DNA of 42,305 nucleotides, from assembly GCA_044225505.1 (NCBI GenBank), contig JBGAIN010000072.1:1-42305 (forward strand), given 5' to 3'. Shown in pieces: positions 30,044 through 38,905 of the stretch. The DNA is from Limisphaerales bacterium (GTDB lineage: Bacteria > Verrucomicrobiota > Verrucomicrobiia > Limisphaerales > SIBE01). A model generated the notes under the pieces. The model made no database searches. It saw nothing but the letters and a program-made list of their open reading frames with translations, and was not told the DNA's origin. Both the position numbers and the translations under genes were made by a program. Position 1 is the first letter of the stretch. Every line of letters begins with the position of its first letter.

Positions 30044-30855
30044 AGGTTAGTTCGGTGGCATGGGTTGTTGGGTTGAACAGGATGGCTGCGCCAGGGGTTG
30101 GCCGGAGCGTTGAGTGAAACGCCGGCCATTGGAAAGGCATCAGGGTCGGAAACCGCGGAGCCATTATTCATGGCGCGCGGCCGCTTCGCTAGCGCCCTCT
30201 TTCGCGGAGTGTCTGTCCAATGAAAAAAGACTTTGGGGTTTTGCTTCGCCAACGTTTCGCTCTGCGGATAGAACATATAATTGCCGTGGACATTGCCACG
30301 GTTATCCATCGGTCCCATCGGCCAGGATACCTTGCTGCTTTCAAAGTATTTCATTTCAAACTTGATGGGGATCTCCGCGACATGCCGAAGCCCGGGATCG
30401 TAAAACGATTTTGCACTGGCAATGATCTTGTCGCGGAATAGATAACCCAGATTGACCGGGTTGTTTACGTCGGCCAATTTGCCGGCCGATCCGAAAAACA
30501 AGGAGTAGGATTCCCACGGGCCGGAAGCTGGATCTTTCTCCGGATTAAATTCAGTGGGAGGGAGCCGCTCGTTATTGTCGCCCGCGTAGAGTGCAATTCC
30601 CAGACCGAGTTGACGAAGATTATTCGTGCAACTGACACGTTGGGCGCGGTTTTTCGCATTCCCTAAAGCGGGCAACAACATCCCGGCGCGGATAGCTATG
30701 ATCGCGATGACAACGAGCAACTCGATTAACGTGAAGCCGCGGTGCCTTCTCCGGATATCATGCGGCGGGTCTTCGCTCTGCTCGAGGCGCGCGCTGTGCC
30801 TAGCGGTGCCGCGCGCGAGCGTGGACGACTGCGGTTTTGAGCTCGTCTGGATCAA
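30040..30855 (-). CDS. Prepilin-type protein paralogous to 25676..26506, C-terminally truncated near 30231
   Basis: [26 protein letters not shown]. Aligns with the paralog through [16 protein letters not shown], then becomes unrelated and lacks the H-X9-DG-like motif. A TTG start overlaps the upstream TGA. Confidence 0.75.
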   Translation of the reverse strand: MIQTSSKPQSSTLARGTARHSARLEQSEDPPHDIRRRHRGFTLIELLVVIAIIAIRAGMLLPALGNAKNRAQRVSCTNNLRQLGLGIALYAGDNNERLPPTEFNPEKDPASGPWESYSLFFGSAGKLADVNNPVNLGYLFRDKIIASAKSFYDPGLRHVAEIPIKFEMKYFESSKVSWPMGPMDNRGNVHGNYMFYPQSETLAKQNPKVFFHWTDTPRKRALAKRPRAMNNGSAVSDPDAFPMAGVSLNAPANPWRSHPVQPNNPCHRTNL

Positions 30856-33800
30856 TCTAGCGTGCCTTCGGCGTAAAGGTCGTAAGCGTAGTCCGCGCCG
30901 TCCGATTCCATAACAATCGGGTCCGGCCAACTTGGCCCGTAAGGCGCCAAGCTCCATCGCAAGCGTGAGCCCGGGACCGGGGTGTAATAGACCGTGGCGT
31001 TCTGGTCATTGGACCAGATCACGATCCAGATCGCGTCGCCCGCTTTGACTTTCAAAGGGGCTGTGAGCGGGAACTCATTCCAACCCGTGGTGGGATTGGT
31101 TTTGGATTGTGAACTGGCCAAGAGCCGGTCACCCAAGTTGTTTTTATCGGAGTAAATGGCGCATTTATATTCGCCAGCAATGGTGCCGATCTTGGCTTTG
31201 ATCGCCGTCAGCGTCGCGGCGGCATCAACCTTGTAGGGATTGCCATTGATGAAAGCTTTGGAACCGGCAAGGCCAGTAGTGTCGCCCTCCGTTGCGGCAG
31301 TGATGTAATCCGCTTTGGGGCCGTCCGTCGTATTCCCAATGGTGACCCGCGGTTTAGCTGCGGCGAGCGTTCCTTCGACGTAAATACAATAGGCGGCGTT
31401 GTCATTTCCGCTCGTTTCCATAACGATCGGATCGGGCCAGGTCGGGCCGTAGGGAGACGGGCTCCAGCGCAGACGTCCAGGGCCGACGGAAAAGTAAACC
31501 GTCGCGTTTTGATCATTGGACCAGATCACCAGCCAGATCAATTCGCCAGCCTTGACCGGGAGCGGCGCGAGCAGGGGGAATTCGTTCCAACCGGTTGTGG
31601 GGTTGGACTTGGGCTGACTCTGCGCGAGTAACCGATCACCCAAGCCGTTTTGGTCCGAGTAGATCGCACAGGTGTATTCACCGGCGATATTGCCGATCTT
31701 GGCTTTGATCGTGGTGAGCGTCGCGTCCGCCGTGACACGGAACTGATTGCCGTTGATGTAAGCGTTTTCACCGCCGTTTCCTGGGTTGGTAATGACATCC
31801 GCTTGCGTCGCATCCGTCGTGTTGCCAATGGTGATGCGAGAGCCTTCTTCCGATGGTTGGAAAACAATGTCGCGCAGATAGCTGTTCCCGTTCGGCGCTT
31901 GCGAGGGTCGCGCGCCCAGCGTGCTCGACACCACGCCAGCCATCGCGGGATAGGACAAGTGCTTAGTGTTGTTGTCTGCCCCAAGGAAGCCATCCGGCAC
32001 AAACGGATAGGCCTTCTCTGCATCCTCACCCGTGGAAACCGTGACGGTGTAAAGAACGTTCGGCTCAATAGGCAACGGGGCGGAAAGCGGGAACACTCTC
32101 CAGCCGGTGGTCCCGCCGTATGTCAGATCATAAGGGCCACTCACCACGGTGCTGTCGCTGTTTCTCCAAATGCGCGCCTTGTGAATACCGGATTCGACTG
32201 AGAGCGAGTAGACGCGGATCCCCGTGATGTTCCCGGCAATCGACGCCTGGAAGATAGTTCCTAGCTCACTGGGCGAAGGAAGTTTTCCAAGATAAGCAGC
32301 TCCGCCGCCGGTCATGGTCTCGCTCGCCGTCGCCCCAGTCGGCACGAATACAACGTCTCGGAGATATGCCGGCTTTGCCGCTTCGATCTGGGTCGGCCGC
32401 ACACCCAAGCTAGGAGCGAATACTCCTGCCCCCGCAGGATAGGTAAGATGCCCGCCATTGCTGCCCGCAACGCCAAACGCCTGATTGAGAAACGGATAAG
32501 CCTTATTCACGTCCGCCCCGGTGGATACGGAAACGGTGTAATCGGTATTCGCTTGAATCGGAACCGCTGTCTCAAGCGGGTAAACCAACCATTCGTCGCC
32601 GCAAAGCTGGCCAAAACAGCCGAACTGAATGGTAAATGGCCCGGCGACGATGCTGTCGTCGGAGTTACGCCAAATGGTGGCAGTATGGTCTCCGCCATCC
32701 TGCTTGGTCGAGAGCACGCGAATTCCCGTAATGGTTCCGGCCACGGTCGAGCGAAAGACCGTCCCCAGTTCCCGGTCAGTCGCGTCCCCGCCCCGACCGA
32801 GTCGCACGGGCAATTCCAAAGACCAATTAATCACATTCTCCGGCGGGACAGATCCAGGCTCAAACACGACATCGCGGAAATAGAAGGAACTGTTGGCCGT
32901 CTGGGTAGGCCTCGAGCCAAGTTGCGTGGTGAATACTCCCGCGCCGGCCGGAAACGTAAGGCTTTTATCGTTGCCTCCGGCGGCCGCGAAGAAACTGGTC
33001 GACAGGGGGAACACCCCATTCGGATCATTCGCCGTCGATACAGCAACCGTGTAGGCCGTATCCGCATCGATGGATAAAGGCTGGGGCAGGGCGAATTCGA
33101 TCCAGCCTTCCACTCCCGAGCAAGGAACATCCAAAGGCCCAACTAACACTTTGTTGTCGCTATTCCTCCAAAGGCGGGCCACCCGCTTGCCGATTTCTCC
33201 CTGCAGGTTATACACACGAATCCCCCGGATGATGCCCGGGACTTTACTGCTAAAAATCGTTCCTAGCTCTTGTCCCGGCGCCCCATTGGCATCCGAGTTC
33301 GGAGCTGAGGATGGCGGAAAAAGTGACTCCGTCGCGCCTCCTTGAGTCGTGGCCGTGCGCAAGAGTCTGAAGAACCGCTGACGATCTGTCGCGGTCAGTT
33401 TCAAGCTCGCGATATTTCCTAAAACCGACGGCTGTTGTGACACGGTCGCCCATGAACCGCTGCTTCCCAGGTTGTCCGTCGATTGCAAAGTGGCGCCCGG
33501 ATCACCCAGGTCCCAGGATATCGTCACGGTCGCGCCGAGCGTCGCCGCGGCGATTTGCAGACGCGGAGCTTGGCCAGATGACGCTTGCACTCGAAGCGTG
33601 GCTTCGGCACTCGTCACCGACTTGCCAGGCACGCTGACCTGGCAGGAATACCGGGCGCCGTCATCGGCGCTCGCTAACGCCGGGGTCAAGTAGGACGACG
33701 CGGTCGCCCCAGCAATATTTATCCCGTTGCGTTTCCACTGATAGAAGAGATGCGGACCCAGGTCAGAATTGCCGGACGCCACGACGGAGAACTGCGCCGA

Positions 33801-34484
33801 CGACCCCGTAGCAGCGGATGCGTCCGACGGTGACGCTGTAATAGCAACGGTCGAGTTGGCAGCGTTGACTAATGCGCCCAGGGCACTGCCCGGAATGACC
33901 TCGATGCTTTCCAATCCCGTCGGCGGGTCGGCCAACGGGTCAACTGCGGTCCCTGGCAGAACCCACCCGACAGCCAGGTTGTCGTCCCCGTCATCCTCTT
34001 TCATTAGCGCTTCGAGGTAGTAACGTTGCCCGGCCTGGAGTGTCACGGGCGTCACGGCGTTGTTCTGCGTGTCGGGATATCTGTTCCATTGCCGGCTGCC
34101 CGTGCTGCCGGAAACGCTGGCAATCAACTGCTTGTTCGGCACGGTCGCATCCGTGCTCAGCCACAATTCCGAATCGTTGTCGGATGCGATGAAAAAAACA
34201 TACGCGCCGGTACTTGGTGGCACCAGCCAACCGGACAGTCGCTGCCCGTATTGAGCTCCGCTTCGACGCGGCGCTTCCAGAGAACTGAGCAGCGAGACAG
34301 CGTCTGGGGAATTGGCGCCGAATTTGGCACTGCCAGTGAGGTCGGCCACGGTTCCCCCGGGGAGTCCCAAAAAGACCTCGCGCTTGACAAAGCCTGTCGC
34401 CAACTGCTGCTGCGCGATCGTGGCGATTAAGCTCGAGCTTGCGACCAACAGTAACATGAGGGGAGTAACGCGCGTTGATTTCAT
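30852..34484 (-). CDS. Large secreted multidomain protein: PA14, Ig-like, internal RFFR domain, DUF4082 x3, two C-terminal uncharacterised beta domains
   Basis: PA14 [34 protein letters not shown]...YYLEALMKE; Ig YQWKRNG...[11 protein letters not shown]; three ELGTIF/ELGTVF...YLRD.VF units; two units of about 169 aa ending WPDPIVME. Alternative start at 34505. Confidence 0.85.
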   Translation of the reverse strand: MKSTRVTPLMLLLVASSSLIATIAQQQLATGFVKREVFLGLPGGTVADLTGSAKFGANSPDAVSLLSSLEAPRRSGAQYGQRLSGWLVPPSTGAYVFFIASDNDSELWLSTDATVPNKQLIASVSGSTGSRQWNRYPDTQNNAVTPVTLQAGQRYYLEALMKEDDGDDNLAVGWVLPGTAVDPLADPPTGLESIEVIPGSALGALVNAANSTVAITASPSDASAATGSSAQFSVVASGNSDLGPHLFYQWKRNGINIAGATASSYLTPALASADDGARYSCQVSVPGKSVTSAEATLRVQASSGQAPRLQIAAATLGATVTISWDLGDPGATLQSTDNLGSSGSWATVSQQPSVLGNIASLKLTATDRQRFFRLLRTATTQGGATESLFPPSSAPNSDANGAPGQELGTIFSSKVPGIIRGIRVYNLQGEIGKRVARLWRNSDNKVLVGPLDVPCSGVEGWIEFALPQPLSIDADTAYTVAVSTANDPNGVFPLSTSFFAAAGGNDKSLTFPAGAGVFTTQLGSRPTQTANSSFYFRDVVFEPGSVPPENVINWSLELPVRLGRGGDATDRELGTVFRSTVAGTITGIRVLSTKQDGGDHTATIWRNSDDSIVAGPFTIQFGCFGQLCGDEWLVYPLETAVPIQANTDYTVSVSTGADVNKAYPFLNQAFGVAGSNGGHLTYPAGAGVFAPSLGVRPTQIEAAKPAYLRDVVFVPTGATASETMTGGGAAYLGKLPSPSELGTIFQASIAGNITGIRVYSLSVESGIHKARIWRNSDSTVVSGPYDLTYGGTTGWRVFPLSAPLPIEPNVLYTVTVSTGEDAEKAYPFVPDGFLGADNNTKHLSYPAMAGVVSSTLGARPSQAPNGNSYLRDIVFQPSEEGSRITIGNTTDATQADVITNPGNGGENAYINGNQFRVTADATLTTIKAKIGNIAGEYTCAIYSDQNGLGDRLLAQSQPKSNPTTGWNEFPLLAPLPVKAGELIWLVIWSNDQNATVYFSVGPGRLRWSPSPYGPTWPDPIVMETSGNDNAAYCIYVEGTLAAAKPRVTIGNTTDGPKADYITAATEGDTTGLAGSKAFINGNPYKVDAAATLTAIKAKIGTIAGEYKCAIYSDKNNLGDRLLASSQSKTNPTTGWNEFPLTAPLKVKAGDAIWIVIWSNDQNATVYYTPVPGSRLRWSLAPYGPSWPDPIVMESDGADYAYDLYAEGTLD

Positions 34485-34845
34485 ACGGGTTGGATTGCGA
34501 AGCATCTGGGCAATAGGGGTAGACGAGGTGCCATCCTACAACCAAGTTCGTCGTGCGATAAAGTCGGACACGTAATGCGAATGATACGGGATGTCCGCAT
34601 TGAGGGTTCCAGATTGCGCTCTGATTTTACAGACTTACTACACGTGTTACGCCAAATAATGAACGGATTGTGCCAATGTCGTTGTCGCACTCCAGCGAGC
34701 GAGTCATTGCATTAGTCGCCGTTGCCTCGCTTTGGATGAACGCATTTGACCGGCTTCCGTGACCCGGCTGAATCCGCGACGCCGGTTCAATTTGGCTTGA
34801 AGACCTGGCTTGCGCCGGATTCCTGCGCGCGCACCGGTCCATTCG

Positions 34846-35098
34846 CGCAAGTCGCCCACCGCGTTCTACATCAAGCCGCTGATCTGCCGCCGATCCTCCG
34901 CATCCAGCAGCGAGTGCACAGGATTGGAAGTCAAACAGTAATCAACAATCAGACTTCAAACTCTTCTAACGGCTGGCGGAGGATGTCCCTGTAAGCGTCT
35001 CGGTCTCGAGAAAACTGCAACAGCGAAGCTTGATTGCAGCACCGATGCGTCACGTGATAAATCTCGCCGTCGGGATGGAATGGGTTAGCCTGTCCGAC
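34846..35098 (-). pseudogene. Decayed Y1/REP-associated tyrosine transposase fragment (no ORF in the track)
   Basis: Manual translation: GEIYHVTHRCCNQASLLQFSRDRDAYRDILRQPLEEFEV*L / DYCLTSNPVHSLLDAEDRRQISGLM*. This is a RAYT N-terminus with broken HUH, stops and a frameshift. Confidence 0.72.
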
Positions 35099-35451
35099 AA
35101 GGCGCAGCTTAGCAAGACAGCTCACCTCGTTACAGCTCCAAAACAGTCTTTAAACTGAGCGCAAGCGCGAATCTTAACGTTAACGAATAGGACAAACTAT
35201 TCAACCACAGCCGCTTATCTCTGCGACACAGGGCTCACGACTCTCCCCAGCAGCTTCTTACTTCGGCGACACCAGACCTCACACCGACTTCTTGTCCGCA
35301 GGTTTCTAGATCTAGAATGCCCGATTGGTGATTTTCAATCTGAGTATCTAATAAGAAATACATTGCCTATTAGTTCTGTTCTGATGCAGGATACTTCTGT
35401 TCGTCTTATCTCTAATGACGGAATTTCAACGGGGAACCTCAACTCTTAATT

Positions 35452-35994
35452 ATGAAAAACCTGTCACTCTGCACCGTCCTAGGATTGTGGGTGTTCATGC
35501 AATCGGCCCACGCCATCTCAGTAACGATCGTTACGCAAAATGAGGATGAATTCGCCTTTGACGTTGTTTGGGGCCCAACCGCAACCACCTACATCGCCCT
35601 AGAGAATCACGCGCCGTATAATGCGTCGTGGGAGTCCGCCGTCATCGCATGGGATTATGGATGGTATCTGGAAGTGGAAGCTCTCTCCCCGTTCGTGCGC
35701 GGTGGACATGCCTTCATGCAGTTTTACGTTCCAGGCACCGACCCCCGCGACTATGCGCCCAACTACCCCCGCAATTTCACGGGCATCGTTTGGGACGGTC
35801 CCGACCCGTTGAGCATTTCTGAAATCGACGGAGGATTCGGCGCGCACATCGTTTTTCAGGCGCCCGAAGACCTCGCGCAGATCCTCGCACGTTATCCCGT
35901 CAATCCGGATCCGGTGCCTGAACCAACCAGTCCACTCATGTTATTGGGAGCGTCCCTAACGGGCTTGGCGCTAGTGCGCCGGCGTTGCTCTTAG
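35452..35994 (+). CDS. PEP-CTERM sorting domain protein
   Basis: Signal peptide ending SAHA; C-terminal VPEPTSPLMLLGASLTGLALVRRR. Confidence 0.88.
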   Translation: MKNLSLCTVLGLWVFMQSAHAISVTIVTQNEDEFAFDVVWGPTATTYIALENHAPYNASWESAVIAWDYGWYLEVEALSPFVRGGHAFMQFYVPGTDPRDYAPNYPRNFTGIVWDGPDPLSISEIDGGFGAHIVFQAPEDLAQILARYPVNPDPVPEPTSPLMLLGASLTGLALVRRRCS

Positions 35995-36056
35995 ATCACC
36001 AATATGATCCAGCCGGTGATCTCGCCCACCAATTCTGCCATTTCAGGGAGCGAGGG

Positions 36057-36336
36057 GCAATGGGGTCGCGTCTAAATGTTTGACAGTTTTCACTGCGGAT
36101 CTCTAACGAGACGCTACCGCTCGGGGTTTCCAAGCGCCTGCCAAACCGGCAAGACCGCCACCACGCCGAAGAACCGCTGCCGATCCGCGTCGTCCAAAAA
36201 CAACGCTGCTCCTTGATGCCCCCGATTCGTGACGGGATACCACGCCCCTGCCACGTCCACGCGCAACGCCCTTGCCATTCCTCCAGCATCCAAGCGCCAC
36301 ACTCTTATGGCCACTATTGAGATGCGACCCCATTGC
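36057..36336 (-). mobile_element. 280-bp internally deleted, inverted-repeat-bounded Y1/RAYT-type element (MITE-like)
   Basis: GCAATGGGGTCGCGTCTAAATGTTTGACA (36057-36085) and the reverse complement of 36308-36336 (GCAATGGGGTCGCATCTCAATAGTGGCCA) match at 23/29. They enclose MARALRVDVAGAWYPVTNRGHQGAALFLDDADRQRF (ATG 36278). Confidence 0.75.
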
Positions 36337-36373
36337 CTTTCCTTGTCGACTCCATTGCCTACTTCCCTCCATC

Positions 36374-36483
36374 GGATCGCGGAATTTATTCCGCCGGAAG
36401 CCTCGCCTGGCGACCGGCGTCCGGTATAATCCGCAGCCTGCCCTCCACGCGTCCGTTCCTGCGGACTGGAAGTCCGCGCTCCC
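36374..36483. repeat. Inverted pair of REP-like hairpins
   Basis: GGATC-GCGGAAT-TT-ATTCCGC (36374-36394) and GCGGACT-GGA-AGTCCGC-GCTCCC (36461-36483), with GGA[G/T]C tags in opposite orientation. Confidence 0.6.
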
Positions 36484-36484
36484 A

Positions 36485-36740
36485 TCATAACCATTTCATC
36501 CCATCGACCAGGTTGCCTCGTGGGGTCTCGACCGCCAGATAAAGATGGTTTCCCATTAGACAATAGGCCAGGACGAGCCATTCGGTTTTGGCGCACGCTT
36601 GACCAGCGTCTCGAGGAAGCGCTGCCGGTCGCCGCGATTCATCACGTGGTAAATCGCTCCAGGGTATTGGATGCGCAGTGGGCGGGGTATCGGGCGACGC
36701 TGATGTCGTGAACCTCTGTGTCAAAAGTAAGGACTGATAC
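36485..36740 (-). pseudogene. Decayed Y1/RAYT transposase N-terminal fragment with an upstream end-like motif
   Basis: PRPLRIQYPGAIYHVMNRGDRQRFLETL / QACAKTEWLVLAYCLMGNHLYLAVETPRGNLVDGMKWL*. The start is mutated to ATA and HUH is broken (HLY). Upstream GTATCAGTCCTTACTTTTGACA (36740-36719). Confidence 0.78.
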
Positions 36741-36760
36741 TTTCTTTCGCCCCCTTGGTC

Positions 36761-36843
36761 TGCCCTTCCAGGGCGTCGGATTATTTATTGAAACCCCAAA
36801 CCGGGGGCGTTGCCCCCGTCTACATTGGTCAAGGCCTTCGGCC
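36761..36843. repeat. REP-like multi-hairpin element
   Basis: GCCCT-TCC-AGGGC, CGGGGGC-GTT-GCCCCCG and GGCC-TTC-GGCC hairpins in series. Confidence 0.45.
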
Positions 36844-37088
36844 TTGTGATCCGCCCGCGCAGTGGCCCATCCACCGACGCCGGTCGTCGGCGTTTACGGA
36901 ATACCTTGGACGCGCTGGCTGGCGATTTGTCGCACATGCCGGGAGCAATTAGCTCCTGGATTCGGTGGCGCCGCCGCGGCGCGCGTTAGGCCGATGCCGC
37001 GGACCCTCGATCGCTGGATGGGGCTGGATGTGACCCCCAAAGGTGGGTGGGATGAAGGGCGACGAAGACGGGGGAGGACTAGGAGAAG

Positions 37089-37140
37089 GTTACGAGGAGG
37101 ATCACGATTACGATTACGATGAAGATGAAGATTACGAGGG
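37089..37140 (+). repeat. Degenerate hexamer microsatellite (GATTAC/GATGAA)
   Basis: ...GATCAC GATTAC GATTAC GATGAA GATGAA GATTAC GAG... Confidence 0.6.
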
Positions 37141-37203
37141 AAAGACCAAGATGGAAACGGTTGGGGAATAGGAAGATGTCGAGTTATCGGCACGTCTGGA
37201 CAG

Positions 37204-37347
37204 AAAAGCGCCAGAGGTCTGGCGCACTCCAAGACGCTGGCGCGCAAGGACTAAGGTTCTTTTGAAATTCGTCCGCCGCTCGGTCCCAAAGGGGCGCCGG
37301 GTATCTCGGAGTGCGCCAGCGCCGCCCTTGGGAGGCGGGCGGGCGCT
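37204..37347. repeat. REP-like GGAGTGCG-tagged hairpins (two, opposite orientation)
   Basis: AAAAGCGCCAGA-GG-TCTGGCGCACTCCAAGACGCTGGCGCG at 37204-37244 and GGAGTGCGCCAGC...GGCGCT at 37308-37347. Confidence 0.6.
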
Positions 37348-37446
37348 ATGGCCCGGTTCCAAGCGGTCCATCGCAGTTTATGTCTCCTGCAAGCTGGCAA
37401 CAATTTGTTGACGGAGTGTGCGACAAATCGGCCAATGGACGCTTGG

Positions 37447-37469
37447 TTTGGGAACGGACCGTTCCCAAA
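37447..37469. promoter_or_regulatory. Perfect 23-bp palindrome, operator-like
   Basis: TTTGGGAACGG-A-CCGTTCCCAAA. Confidence 0.4.
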
Positions 37470-37580
37470 ACCTCCAACCGCAGGTGCCAAACTGTCACCA
37501 AATCACGGTCGCGCACCGACGGCTGCATCGCTTGCGACCGCATTTCCGCCTCGGCGCTCCGGCGTGGCGACCGACGTGTC

Positions 37581-37601
37581 CCGTCCGCAAATTGCGGACG
37601 G
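37581..37601. promoter_or_regulatory. Perfect 21-bp palindrome, operator/enhancer-like
   Basis: CCGTCCGCAA-A-TTGCGGACGG. Confidence 0.4.
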
Positions 37602-37749
37602 CTCCGGGGAAAAGCTGTGGAAAGCCCTCATCCTGACTGAGATCCCCGTCTGGTAGACGTCCGTGCAGTTCACAGGGTGACGCGCCGGAAGAGAGCTTCG
37701 AAATCGCGAACAAGGTCTATTAAAAGGCGAATCGTTGAGATCTTCGCAC

Positions 37750-37890
37750 TCACTCAACCCGGCCTCTGTAAAACCGTTCCGATGTGCTGGCGGTCGGATC
37801 GCTAAGTTCTTGGCGAGCCCCAGCGCCAACGCTCGTGCTCGCGCTTGGGAACCCTGAAGAGTCGTTCAACGCCGTCGTGTCCTCGAGCGC
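37750..37890 (-). pseudogene. Orphan C-terminal RFYR-tail remnant of a secreted protein
   Basis: ALEDTTALNDSSGFPSASTSVGAGARQELSDPTASTSERFYRGRVE* resembles the C-terminus of 19358..21877. It has no start of its own. Confidence 0.5.
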
Positions 37891-37904
37891 ATTGGCCGCG
37901 CGGC

Positions 37905-38757
37905 CTAGAATGTTCCGTCCTTCGACTGCGGATTGTACCCAACAATCGTTGGGCCCGACCGGGTTCGGCGATTGCGGCCAAACGTTCTTGCCGGCCATAT
38001 CCGGTGCAAACCATTTCGACATGCGGATGCTAAAGCCAGCACCCGAGAGCGAGCCGAGCGTTGCGAAGCCACCCACATTTTCAGCCTGATCCTTCGGTCT
38101 TCGGGTGGCGTGCCTCTGAGAAATACCCTCATGTGGCTGATTACCAACGTCGTTGAAGAGATAGTCGGATTCACTCTCCGCCCCTCCCAAAGCAAGACGC
38201 CCGTAGGTCTGAGTGATCCTAATCGGAATTTCGACGTCAACATCGCGGGGGCGGAGAGGCGTAGCCAATGATGGCTCCATTCCAGACATAACTCGTGATT
38301 TTGATCTGCCGCCGAACGTAGTCGAGCTTCCCCTTGCCGCTGGCCCGGTCTTTAACCTCTTTCGGACAGTTCATGATCCGCACGTCGGCCAGATACGATC
38401 CCAACTGCCCGCGCTTAAACGATTCCACCTGATTCGAGAGGATCGTGGGATCTTTGGACGGGTCGATGTTCCGGCCGTCCCGGATCTTGGTGTCGTGCGC
38501 CCAATTATCGCGATCCGGTGGGAAACCCCAGCTTGGGTAAGGAAGGAAATCATCGTTGTCCCCGCGAACATATGGGCAGCGAGCATGATCTGCCGGATGT
38601 TATTTAAGTCCTGCGTGATCAACGCCTTTTCTTTGGCCCGGCTCAAAGCCGGCAAGAGCATCCCAGCGAGAATCGCGATAATCGCGATCACCACCAGAAG
38701 CTCAATCAGTGTAAACGCCAAAGAGAGACCCTTGTTTGAGGAAGGCGAGGCTTTCAT
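37905..38757 (-). CDS. Prepilin-type N-terminal cleavage/methylation protein, broken by four G/C-run indels
   Basis: [32 protein letters not shown]. Correcting runs at about 38561, 38249, 38182 and 37939 gives one 284-aa ORF (...[13 protein letters not shown]...CPKE...SYVWNG...LLWEG...[16 protein letters not shown]...[11 protein letters not shown]). Confidence 0.8.
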
Positions 38758-38905
38758 GGGAACTCCTCGATTCATAGGCCTCCGCGGGAGCGACGTCAAC
38801 TGCGTTTACGTGATAGAGACTCGTGATAAGAAGGAACCTGAGGGAATGGCCGAGTGCGGCGGAGCTGAGGTAAACCGCGCGGGTCGCTGACGGGGATCAT
38901 TCGAA

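Noticed and set aside
27290..31830. Diversity-generating retroelement template/variable repeat pair
   Set aside because: The repeats are in-frame domain duplications with mostly synonymous, non-adenine-specific differences, and no reverse transcriptase is present.
34630..34680. Sigma-54 promoter upstream of the 1217-aa gene (minus-strand TGGCAC and TGGCGT)
   Set aside because: Neither has GC at the -12 position (TC and GT instead).
37750..38289. The 179-aa ORF as a genuine pilin-tail/RFYR fusion protein
   Set aside because: It is a chimera of frames created by homopolymer indels. The corrected pilin stops at 37905.
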